Source of the DNA: a virus
Lineage: Duplodnaviria > Caudoviricetes
Virus record (IMG/VR): IMGVR_UViG_3300035454_000933
Coordinates: 154 to 64,153 of that record
Reading direction: 5' to 3' (one strand)
Length of the DNA stretch: 64,000 bases
Shown: positions 8,553 through 17,091 of the stretch, piece by piece
Numbering within the stretch: position 1 is the first letter of the stretch
Layout of the letters: each line of letters begins with the position of its first letter
Notes under the pieces: model-generated
Told to the model about the DNA's origin: nothing
What the model saw: the letters and a program-made list of their open reading frames with translations, nothing else
Database searches by the model: none
Translations under genes and position numbers: made by a program

Positions 8553-10223
8553 TCACGCCGGAGCGACGGTCGACACCGTGCCGCTTTGACCCCGGTATTT
8601 CAGGACGCCAGCCTCCACGTACAGCACGCCACCGACCGGGTTGACCGTGGGAGCGGCGTCGACATTGCGAATTTCAAAGGCCCGATCTTTTGTGAATTTG
8701 GCGGCCTCAATTGAAGTCCCGGCGCGGCACACCATGACGGTCAAGCCGATGTCGTTTGCAAAGTCTGAATCCCTGCTGGACCGAAACCCCGCCCATTTCG
8801 CCAGGGCGCCGATGGCGCTGCGAAATCCAGCCCTGATGTCGATCGCCGATGGTGCGACGTTGTCGCTGTCATCCCGGTGTACAACATCCAGTCCAGAAAC
8901 CGTTGAAACCGAGTCGTACTCGCCCTGGATCGAGGCCAACCGCCCGCCGTTGAACGAGAACATGTTGCCGCCGAGTTGAACCGGAGCGGCCGAGCCGGCG
9001 GCAGAAATGATGATCGTTGAATTTAGTTGCTCAGCATCGCTCGGAGCCAGCACGCCGCCAATCGCGTTGTTGATGCAGGTGCCGACAATCTGGCTCGTGC
9101 TTGGGTATGCGGTATCAAACGAAATGCCGTGCTGCTGGGTGAAGCGCAAGCCTGCCGATGTGGTTGACGTGAAGCCGACCAGACAAAGCCCGCGAAGGTT
9201 GTAGTCTGAGTTGTTGATGTGGATGCCGGCAACGCCGTTGGAATCGGCCAGAAGACCAGATCCGACAGAGTCGCTGCTGCTGATGGCAAAGTGGAACCCG
9301 TATCGGGCGTTTTCCTGCGCTTCGCAGCCAACCAACTGATTCCTGCCGAACTGCACAAAAAAACCATCGGAGAGCGTCGAGGCTTCGCCGCAGTAGAAAG
9401 CCTTGCACCCAACCAACTTGTTGTTGCTGCCTGAAATGAAGAAGCCGTGGTAACCACCGCCAGTGGTTGCCGCGGTGCAGGCGAAAATAAAATTGTCCGA
9501 GCCGTTGATACGGAATCCATGGCCGGCTTGCGGGTCACGGACGCAGACATTCAACAACCGAATTTCCCGCCCGGATTCAATATTTACGCCGTTTTGAGCC
9601 GGGTAATAAACGAACACATTCTCGACGGTGTTGTGTGAGTCGTTGTATTCCAGGCTCAAAGATAGCGGTGACGTACCTGGGTTGATGACGATGCCGTCAC
9701 CTGACGTTTGCTGACTGCAGTCCAGAAACAGGTCTGAAATCACAGAAGCATCGCTGCCCGTCAGAAATGACAGCAGGTTGCCAGCGCCGCCGCGGTGTTT
9801 GATGATGGACTTGTTGCCTGCGCCAAACAGGCGAACCCTCGGCGGGATCGAAACAGGGCCGGACAGAACAACACCTGGCGGAACATAAACCGCGCCGGCC
9901 GTATTGAGTGCGGCCTGAATAAATGCTGTGCAATCAAGAGTCGAAGTGCCGGCCAGAATGGCGGCGTGCTCGGACACCGGGATGTAGTCCAGAACACTCA
10001 CGGACTCCCGCATCTTGCCCTGCACGGACCGCACCACGGCGCCCGCACCAGCCGGCTGGAACCCGACCTTGTCGGCGCCACCGGGCCCCGCCAGCAGCGC
10101 CGTGCGGTTCGCCAGCTGCTGCGCCTGCCGGTTGGCGGTGCCGCCGGCCCCACCGAGCACGCGGTCCGTGAGTTCGATCTGGGTGATGCTGTCCCAGCCG
10201 GGTGTTTCGTTCAAATTTGCCAT
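8553..10223 (-). CDS. Tailspike with pectate-lyase-like beta-helix, putative polysaccharide depolymerase (556 aa)
   Basis: VSVLDY...LDCTAFIQAALNTAGAVYVPPG...VRLFGAG start of a beta-helix; repeated GF.I.GS.N coils; SD GAGG. Confidence 0.8.
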   Translation of the reverse strand: MANLNETPGWDSITQIELTDRVLGGAGGTANRQAQQLANRTALLAGPGGADKVGFQPAGAGAVVRSVQGKMRESVSVLDYIPVSEHAAILAGTSTLDCTAFIQAALNTAGAVYVPPGVVLSGPVSIPPRVRLFGAGNKSIIKHRGGAGNLLSFLTGSDASVISDLFLDCSQQTSGDGIVINPGTSPLSLSLEYNDSHNTVENVFVYYPAQNGVNIESGREIRLLNVCVRDPQAGHGFRINGSDNFIFACTAATTGGGYHGFFISGSNNKLVGCKAFYCGEASTLSDGFFVQFGRNQLVGCEAQENARYGFHFAISSSDSVGSGLLADSNGVAGIHINNSDYNLRGLCLVGFTSTTSAGLRFTQQHGISFDTAYPSTSQIVGTCINNAIGGVLAPSDAEQLNSTIIISAAGSAAPVQLGGNMFSFNGGRLASIQGEYDSVSTVSGLDVVHRDDSDNVAPSAIDIRAGFRSAIGALAKWAGFRSSRDSDFANDIGLTVMVCRAGTSIEAAKFTKDRAFEIRNVDAAPTVNPVGGVLYVEAGVLKYRGQSGTVSTVAPA

Positions 10224-10245
10224 GTTGGTGTCCTCAATGGGTGGA

Positions 10246-11859
10246 TTAAGCAGGGGTGTCGGTGCGCGTCATGCCGGCCACGCGCCAGTCGGGACGCCAC
10301 GGGATGGGGCCCCAGACGGCGAGCAATGGGGTGTCGGTGTTGAAGCCGCTGTAGGAGACGCTGCCGGCGTAGCTCGTGGAGCCGTCGAAATACTGGTTGT
10401 CCGGGCTGACCCAGGTCCGCAACGGGTAGGCTGGCGTGCTGGTGAAGGCGCGGTACTCGACGTTGGCCATGTCGAGCGCCGTGGGGGTGAAGTCCCACTC
10501 CAGCAGGTCGCCGTGCGCGTCCGTTGTGACCAGCTCCACCAGCTCCGTGACGACGACGGCCTCGTAGTGAGACAGGAACATCTCATCTGAGAGGATGGCG
10601 TCCGGCTCAAACTCGACGCGCTGGGCGCCGCGCGAGAAGATGAAGTTCTCGTCGCCAGACGCCGGGCCTTCTGACAGCACGATGCTGGCCATGGCGATAT
10701 TTTGGGCCGGCGCGATCTGCTGGTGGGTCTGCAGGCCGACATGGACCCCGTCGGCGCGATCGCCGTAGGACCCCTCGCCGTCGTAGTGGTGCACGCCGTC
10801 GTAGTGGATGATCGACACCAGAGACGACACCGACCAGTCGTGGCGCGCCACCGGGTGGTTGATGATCGGAGGCTCGTCGTCCAGGCGAAGAATGCCCAGC
10901 ACCTGGTTGTTGAAACCAAAATTGGCGAAGCTGCGCAGCTCCGTCATCCCCCAATCGATGCTGTACTCGACCGGCGGCGACACCTGCACGTGGCGCGCGT
11001 CGAAATCGATCCGCGGCGCGTAGATCTCGATACCGGCGGCCTTGTTGCGCTCGACGTGCGGGTAGACGTCGGCCCAGCGCGTGCCCGGGCGACCGACGGG
11101 CTGGATCACATGGTAGGTGTAGTAGCGGCCATCCTGCAGGTGGTCGACGTCCGACAGGCGCGAGTCGTTGAGCAGGAACATGCGCTTCCATGGCTCGTCG
11201 ATGGTGACGTCGAAGCCGGTGGCGTCGTGGATGGCCTCTTCGATGGCAAAGCCGTTGACGCGGTGCCGGAAGACTTCCTGCGGGATGCGGTCCTGCAAGG
11301 CGCCGTCGGCCTCGCCGCTGCGACGCGGCACGCCGTAGATGCTGGCCCAGACGTCTAGCCATTCGCCCTCGGCCTGAGTGAGGATCATCTGGCGCAGGGC
11401 CTGGCCGATCTGGTACTCGGCCAGGCTCAGCTCGCCGGCATACGCGCTCAGCAGCGCCCATAGCACCGAGGTGTAGACGGTCAGGTGGTCGCCGTTGGAC
11501 AGGTCCTGATCGCCACTGCCTTCGGTGAGCGTGTGCGCGGCGCGCGCGGAGAGAACGTCGTCTTCGAAGACGACATCATGGCCGTCTGCGCGCAAGGCGT
11601 TTGCGAGCTGCCCCAGGGTCTGCCCCATGAGGTCGTACTCGCGCGTGGTCGACCCCCAGTCGTACAGCCCGTTGAACGTCTCCGTCCCATCGAACACCTG
11701 CGACTGCCCAGTGGTCACCAGCAGCTTGCCGTCTGCCACCACCCAGGTCAGGCCGTTGTGGTTGCGAACGCGCAGCGCGAGCTCGGTACCCGGCGCCTTG
11801 TCAAAGACGGCGCTGTGCGGGTACTTCAGCAGGCGCTGCAGGGTGGTCGCTGCGGTCAT
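10246..11859 (-). CDS. Baseplate wedge protein, gpI-like extended (537 aa)
   Basis: QAEGEWLDVWASIYGVPRRSGEADGALQDRI motif; follows baseplate J. Confidence 0.7.
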   Translation of the reverse strand: MTAATTLQRLLKYPHSAVFDKAPGTELALRVRNHNGLTWVVADGKLLVTTGQSQVFDGTETFNGLYDWGSTTREYDLMGQTLGQLANALRADGHDVVFEDDVLSARAAHTLTEGSGDQDLSNGDHLTVYTSVLWALLSAYAGELSLAEYQIGQALRQMILTQAEGEWLDVWASIYGVPRRSGEADGALQDRIPQEVFRHRVNGFAIEEAIHDATGFDVTIDEPWKRMFLLNDSRLSDVDHLQDGRYYTYHVIQPVGRPGTRWADVYPHVERNKAAGIEIYAPRIDFDARHVQVSPPVEYSIDWGMTELRSFANFGFNNQVLGILRLDDEPPIINHPVARHDWSVSSLVSIIHYDGVHHYDGEGSYGDRADGVHVGLQTHQQIAPAQNIAMASIVLSEGPASGDENFIFSRGAQRVEFEPDAILSDEMFLSHYEAVVVTELVELVTTDAHGDLLEWDFTPTALDMANVEYRAFTSTPAYPLRTWVSPDNQYFDGSTSYAGSVSYSGFNTDTPLLAVWGPIPWRPDWRVAGMTRTDTPA

Positions 11860-12947
11860 AGCGGTGTCGCGGTGAACGTGCCGGGCACCAGGGCCTCATT
11901 GATCCCGCACTCAAAGTTGCTGTTCCCCGTCGGAACGATGGATAGCACGCCGGGCGCGGCCAGCATTGCCTCGACCAGGGTCCCGAGGTAGAGCGTGTCG
12001 CCTGGAGCGACGGAGCGAATCTGGGCCGAGAAAATGTCGCCCAGCGACTGGATTACGGCCGGCGTCATCGTCAGGCCGGCGCGCATTTCGACAGACACAA
12101 CCAGGGGCACCGCGCGCTCGACCATGGACAGCACGTCCACACGAACGCCAGCCGCCCGGTACCCGGTGGTGACGCCGGATACCGCATCACGTTTGCCGTC
12201 GATCCGGGTCTGCCCGTCGGCCAGCAGGGCTGCGCTGGCTGTTCCGATGTTCGAGTAGAGGTAGATGTAGACCCGACCGGCCTGCTCATCTATGCCGATG
12301 CGTGTCACGTACTCGGTGGCCACGCCATTTCCGTCCAGCACGGATGCCAGACGAGCGGCGTAGCGCACGGCCACCAGCGTGCCGCGGCTCAACGACTGCA
12401 CGTATTCGGCGAAGCGGGCCTCGCGCTCGGCAAAGGACTCGACGTCGCGCCCGTTGCTGATGGGCAGGTTGCTGACCGTGTAGCCAAGGCCGAAGATGGA
12501 GGCGTCGTCGATGGCGCCGGCCGCGATATTGCCAACCAGGCCGGCAACCGTGTGCGCCACCGGGATGGTGATCTGCGTGCTGCCCTGCAGCCAGGTCAGG
12601 GCCTGTGTGGACACGTAGACGCGGCCATCGGCGGCCGTGAACTCCGTGCCGAGCGGTATCACCGTGTTGGCGCTCAACGGGGTGGCAGAGGACACACTGA
12701 CGTAGCCGGTGGCGTAGGCAGCGGGCAGCTGGTCGAAGCCGAAGCTGAGGAACGTCGAAACCGGGATGGCCTCTCTCAGCCCCAGGAACATCTGCAGATA
12801 CAGCTCTTCGATCTCGACCGCTGGCGCCTCCATGATGGTCCGCGCCACGCTGCCAGGCTGGAAGTCTGTGATCTTCCGTGTCGCCGATCTGGCGTGATTG
12901 ATCTCACTCGCTACGATCGACGCAAAATCTTTGATCTGGAACGCCAT
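11856..12947 (-). CDS. Baseplate J-like protein (363 aa)
   Basis: ITDFQPGSVARTIMEA, GNIAAGAI, GRDVESFAEREARF...LSRGT. Confidence 0.85.
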   Translation of the reverse strand: MAFQIKDFASIVASEINHARSATRKITDFQPGSVARTIMEAPAVEIEELYLQMFLGLREAIPVSTFLSFGFDQLPAAYATGYVSVSSATPLSANTVIPLGTEFTAADGRVYVSTQALTWLQGSTQITIPVAHTVAGLVGNIAAGAIDDASIFGLGYTVSNLPISNGRDVESFAEREARFAEYVQSLSRGTLVAVRYAARLASVLDGNGVATEYVTRIGIDEQAGRVYIYLYSNIGTASAALLADGQTRIDGKRDAVSGVTTGYRAAGVRVDVLSMVERAVPLVVSVEMRAGLTMTPAVIQSLGDIFSAQIRSVAPGDTLYLGTLVEAMLAAPGVLSIVPTGNSNFECGINEALVPGTFTATPL

Positions 12948-12950
12948 TAC

Positions 12951-13571
12951 TCAATCCTCGCCGAGTGAAACATCAACCACGCCACCATCGATGGCGACAG
13001 CGCGGGCCGTGACGCGAACAGCATCACCAACCACCTCGGCGCGCGAGAAATCGACACGAGCGACCCGGAAATCGGACGCCAGAGAGGCTTTCACGTACTG
13101 GGCACCCATGAGGCCAGCCGCCGGACCGTTCACCGTTCCCAGGAGGCGCCAGATGCGGCAGCCATACTCCGGATGCCTGCGCGCCTGGCCACGTGGCGTG
13201 ATGATGACGTGCGTGAGCTGCTGGCGCAGGTTGTCAGCACCCGTGAGAACCGACAGGTCGCCCGCCCCATCGTCGGAGAGCTGCTTGTTCGCGAGAGCGC
13301 AATCGCGCTCGTAGACCGCTGAGCGATCAGGGGAGTCGGCGGTGAAGCCGACAGGAGACGGGACCTTGATCAGAGAACCGGCCAGCAGCACGCCATCGCC
13401 GGCCAGCTGATCGTTGCCGGTGATATAAGGGTGCCGCAGGTTGTTGATCCACACCAGCTGCGGCCAGCGGTTCGCGTCGCCCAGCTCGCGCGACGCCACC
13501 GCCTGCAGGTCGTCTCCGCGGTGCGTTTGCGCCAGCCGGTAGGCCGGCATTTTCTGGGTGAACTCGCTCAC
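12951..13571 (-). CDS. LysM-like + gp25/gpW-like baseplate wedge protein (206 aa)
   Basis: GDDLQAVASRELGDANRWPQLVWINNL; TPRGQARRHPEYGC. Confidence 0.75.
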   Translation of the reverse strand: MSEFTQKMPAYRLAQTHRGDDLQAVASRELGDANRWPQLVWINNLRHPYITGNDQLAGDGVLLAGSLIKVPSPVGFTADSPDRSAVYERDCALANKQLSDDGAGDLSVLTGADNLRQQLTHVIITPRGQARRHPEYGCRIWRLLGTVNGPAAGLMGAQYVKASLASDFRVARVDFSRAEVVGDAVRVTARAVAIDGGVVDVSLGED

Positions 13572-14746
13572 AGCGACACCCCCTCGGCGATGATCTGCGA
13601 GTGGCGCGCGATCTCAGAAAACGACATGGGCGAGAGCACGGGATCCATGGTAGCCAGCATAGCGATGCTGGCCAGCGCCTCGCTCGTGACCTTGCCAACT
13701 CCGTCGAACTCGATCGCCGCAAAGGTGTTCGTCCCAGCAAACCGGCTGGCGGGCCTGCCGCCTGTGGTCGACGAGCAGCCGGACGAGCCGTACAGAGGCG
13801 AATAGTCCTCGTAGTTCTGGCGGTCGCGCAGACTGTTCGAGAACAGGCACAGCACCGTGTTGAAGTGCGACGCGACGCGACCCAGCTCCGCCATGGTGAC
13901 GGTGGGCAGCAGCGTGATGGCGGTGAGCGTGCGCAGGATGTTCGTGCCCACGCGAGCCAGGTCAGCGGCGATCCTCGCCTGCGGGCTGGACGCACCGACC
14001 GAGAAGTTGCTGGCGCCTCGAATGGCGTCACCCGCGGCCCGGAAGGCGTTCACAGCGAGAGCAAGAAGCCGCATGATGGCGGACGATGCCGTGACCAGGT
14101 CCATCGATAGCAGCGCCAGCGCCCGACGGATCAGCGCCTCCAGGTCGAACAGGAGCCAGCCGTCCAGAGCGTCCAGCTCCATGTCCAGGCTTCCAAGCCC
14201 GGCCTGGAAGCCTCCGTACTCCGGCGGCGTGACGCGCGGGATATCGATCTCCGGTGCCGTGGCCTGCAGCGAGATGTTGTACTGGTAGAGCAGCGGCCGC
14301 GACTTGGACCGGCGAAGCACGAACTGGGTCGGGATCACCGAGTAGGCAAAGCCGTCGAGCATGTCGACAAACAGCAGCTGCACCAAGCTCGGGTCCATGC
14401 CGCGCTCGATGGCCTGTTGCTGAGCTTCCGGGAAGTCGTGCGCGACCAGCTGGTTCAGCGCGTCGAACGCCTGGGCGCCATCCATACCGGATCCGTTGGC
14501 GTAGCGCCAGCCGGTGTGCCCGGCGATCGTCAGGCTCGGCAGTCCCTCACCGAACGAATCCACCCATCCGGACACCGACCGGCCAATGGTCTGGTGCACG
14601 GTCGCGCGCAAAGGCTCGGACCGGCTGAGGTCTTCAGGCCGGACCGATAGGGTGACAGGCGGACGCAAAGCCCCGGCATCGTCCAGCACGAACGAGATAG
14701 GACGGACGCCCGCTCGTTGGTCTGTTGGCGCGGGTTTGGCGAGCAT
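13568..14746 (-). CDS. Tail tube initiator/baseplate hub-associated protein (392 aa)
   Basis: Position; LSVRPEDLSRSEP...TVHQT...WVDSFGEG...TIAGHTG...RSKSRPLLYQYNI; late promoter directly upstream. Confidence 0.6.
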   Translation of the reverse strand: MLAKPAPTDQRAGVRPISFVLDDAGALRPPVTLSVRPEDLSRSEPLRATVHQTIGRSVSGWVDSFGEGLPSLTIAGHTGWRYANGSGMDGAQAFDALNQLVAHDFPEAQQQAIERGMDPSLVQLLFVDMLDGFAYSVIPTQFVLRRSKSRPLLYQYNISLQATAPEIDIPRVTPPEYGGFQAGLGSLDMELDALDGWLLFDLEALIRRALALLSMDLVTASSAIMRLLALAVNAFRAAGDAIRGASNFSVGASSPQARIAADLARVGTNILRTLTAITLLPTVTMAELGRVASHFNTVLCLFSNSLRDRQNYEDYSPLYGSSGCSSTTGGRPASRFAGTNTFAAIEFDGVGKVTSEALASIAMLATMDPVLSPMSFSEIARHSQIIAEGVSL

Positions 14747-14768
14747 GCACCCATTCTGACGTCACGAC
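14747..14768 (-). promoter_or_regulatory. Late promoter GTCGTGA-CGT-CAGAAT-N6-ATG (leaderless)
   Basis: Exact spacing. Confidence 0.75.
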
Positions 14769-14770
14769 GA

Positions 14771-15571
14771 TCAAGGTCCCGATGGTGGCTCGACACCCCC
14801 ACCGCCGACGTCTCCGCCACCCGTGTCGCCGCCAGAATCCCCTCCACCAGTCGGCGTCGGCGGCAGCGTGGAGGAATAACCGAACATGACGCCCGGGTGC
14901 ACGTGCGTGGCCAGGCTGACGTTTTGGCCGATCACGTCGCCCTGGGCCACGATCTGCCCCGTGACCGCCAGCAGCGGTGTATCGAAGTTGATCTGCTCGG
15001 CCTTCACGTCGACCGTGCTCTCGGTTTCCAGCGTGACCTTGCCATCAGGGGCCATGGTGAGCGTCATGACGCCGCCGGCCATGCCAATCCGGATGTTCAC
15101 CTGCTTGTCAGTGTTGCGGTCCGTGGCCAGGCTCTCGTCGAAGTTCTTGCCGGCGTAGTCCACCACATCCGGGCTCTCGCCGATGCGGATATAGGTGCCG
15201 CTCGGGTGGACCACCTGGATGTTGCCGTCCCCATCAATCGACGTGGCAACATCCGACTGGTGGCGCGAAAACCGCATCTTCGGGTCAGCGAACGTCATCT
15301 GGTTGATTTGCGGGAACAGGAACCCGACGACCACCGGGACGTCACCGGCGAACTCGACCAGCGCGACCATGTCCTGACCGTCCGGCTTGGTGATATCCCA
15401 CTTGTTCTTTTTCTCGGGCACGGCCGGAAGGTCCACCGTCCCGGTGCGTGCGCTGGCACTGTTGGACATGACCTGCACGCCGACAAGCCGACGGCCGTCG
15501 GACATGACCAGGTCAACAGAGTGATCCTCTGGGTGGGTTGCCACCACAATACCGCGCCTCATGCCGTCCAC
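14771..15571 (-). CDS. Baseplate spike, gpV-like (266 aa)
   Basis: N-terminal OB-like segment, beta-helix repeats, SLATHVHPGV metal-binding tip motif. Confidence 0.8.
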   Translation of the reverse strand: MDGMRRGIVVATHPEDHSVDLVMSDGRRLVGVQVMSNSASARTGTVDLPAVPEKKNKWDITKPDGQDMVALVEFAGDVPVVVGFLFPQINQMTFADPKMRFSRHQSDVATSIDGDGNIQVVHPSGTYIRIGESPDVVDYAGKNFDESLATDRNTDKQVNIRIGMAGGVMTLTMAPDGKVTLETESTVDVKAEQINFDTPLLAVTGQIVAQGDVIGQNVSLATHVHPGVMFGYSSTLPPTPTGGGDSGGDTGGGDVGGGGVEPPSGP

Positions 15572-17088
15572 CCTCCGTCGCGACGCGACTGCTCAGCCAA
15601 CCACGGAGACTCGCTGCCGCCACCCATCTGGGCGCGCTCCACGAAGCCGGTACCGCGCTCAAACGTCAGGGTGGTGATGTAGCCCTGGAAAGGCTGAAAC
15701 TCGTGGTCCACCTGAACAATGTAGGCCTCGAACATCATGCGCCCCTTGACGAAAAGGGCGTAGTCGCCAGCCCTCGCCAGGTCAGTCTCACCGTCGCGCA
15801 CTTGGCCGCCCTTCACGCGGGCCGTTCCGTTTTCAAAGACCACGTTGTCGCGGTTCATTTCGATCATGATCCGGCGGCGCTTGTCGATCCACGCCTCCTG
15901 CAGGTCGGAGCGCTCGGTCTGAACATCCTCCGGCTGGCCGCTGGTCATGGACTTGACCTCGTCGCCCGCCTGCTGGGTGTGAGCGTACATCGGCCGCACG
16001 CCGTAATACTTCACGGCGGCGTTCGGGTATTCCTTGAGCGACACCTTCTCGTCATCCTTGGGGATGCTGGCCAGCTTTCTCTGCATGTCATCGATCAGGT
16101 CAAATCGCGAGTTGTTCACCCAGAAGAAGTTCGCCACGTTGGCGTCCGATCGCGCCACGGGCAGCGACTGAATGTCGTCGTCGTAGATGGTGCAATAGAC
16201 CGGATCCGGCGCGTCGTCCTGAATTTTCCGGCTTTTCGCGCCCGCCGGCTTGGTGATGTGAAGCGCGGGCACCGGGCGGTAGACGACGTGCACGCCGTCC
16301 TCGCGGTCCTCGGTGTAGAGCTCGTTCCAGACGCCCACGTCGCCGTGCAGCTTCAGGATATCGAAGATCGAACCCTCCATCTGTTGGTAGCTGTTGTTCA
16401 CCACGCCGTGCGCGACCGCGATGCTGTCTCCGGTCTGCAGCTTGCGCGGCATCGGCGAGTTTTTCGGGATCAGGCCGTCCAGGTGCGGGTTGATGATCTT
16501 CTCGATCATGGTGCGGACGAACTCACCCGCCTTCATGGCGTTGGCCGCCTGGATGCCGAACATTTCCCACAGGCCGAAGTTCGTGAGCAGGGACTGGCCC
16601 TCGGCGTAGGCCGCCAGGTAGAGCACCTGGAACGTCTGCCAGATTTTCCCGTAGTCCTGGCCCGTCACCACGACCTGGCGCACGGGTTGCCCGTTTTCGG
16701 ACACGCCATCGGGGCGCTCGATGCGCGAGACGAATCCACGCATGACGATCGGCAGCACGGACGGCGGCGCTCCGGTGCCGCCCCACATCCGAATCTCGAT
16801 CATGTCCATGGGCTCAACCAGGCCGTAGATCGACTCCAGCTCACCGCCCCAGACCGAGTGCTTCTCGGCCTTGTCGGCGAACGTGATCACGAAGCCGCCG
16901 GACGGCTCCCTGACGGACTTCGATGTCCGGACCGAGCTGCGATCGTTCAGGAACGGCGTTAGGTCGATGAACTCATCCTTCCCGGCGTAGCGCTCGGACA
17001 CCGCGGTTTGACCGTCCACCGCCGTGCGGCTGATGGTCTTGTAAAGCCGAGCGGATATCTGCGGCAGGGCGCTCTTGTAGGTGGGCAT
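15559..17088 (-). CDS. Baseplate hub protein (509 aa)
   Basis: Position between tape measure and spike; VVVTGQDYGKI; C-terminal AYIVQVDHEF...TTLTFERG. Confidence 0.7.
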   Translation of the reverse strand: MPTYKSALPQISARLYKTISRTAVDGQTAVSERYAGKDEFIDLTPFLNDRSSVRTSKSVREPSGGFVITFADKAEKHSVWGGELESIYGLVEPMDMIEIRMWGGTGAPPSVLPIVMRGFVSRIERPDGVSENGQPVRQVVVTGQDYGKIWQTFQVLYLAAYAEGQSLLTNFGLWEMFGIQAANAMKAGEFVRTMIEKIINPHLDGLIPKNSPMPRKLQTGDSIAVAHGVVNNSYQQMEGSIFDILKLHGDVGVWNELYTEDREDGVHVVYRPVPALHITKPAGAKSRKIQDDAPDPVYCTIYDDDIQSLPVARSDANVANFFWVNNSRFDLIDDMQRKLASIPKDDEKVSLKEYPNAAVKYYGVRPMYAHTQQAGDEVKSMTSGQPEDVQTERSDLQEAWIDKRRRIMIEMNRDNVVFENGTARVKGGQVRDGETDLARAGDYALFVKGRMMFEAYIVQVDHEFQPFQGYITTLTFERGTGFVERAQMGGGSESPWLAEQSRRDGGWTA

Positions 17089-17091
17089 GGG

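Noticed and set aside
6323-10223. Diversity-generating retroelement or invertible tail-fibre switch
   Set aside because: No reverse transcriptase, invertase, TR/VR pair or flanking inverted repeats seen; spike similarity is confined to the N-terminal anchor
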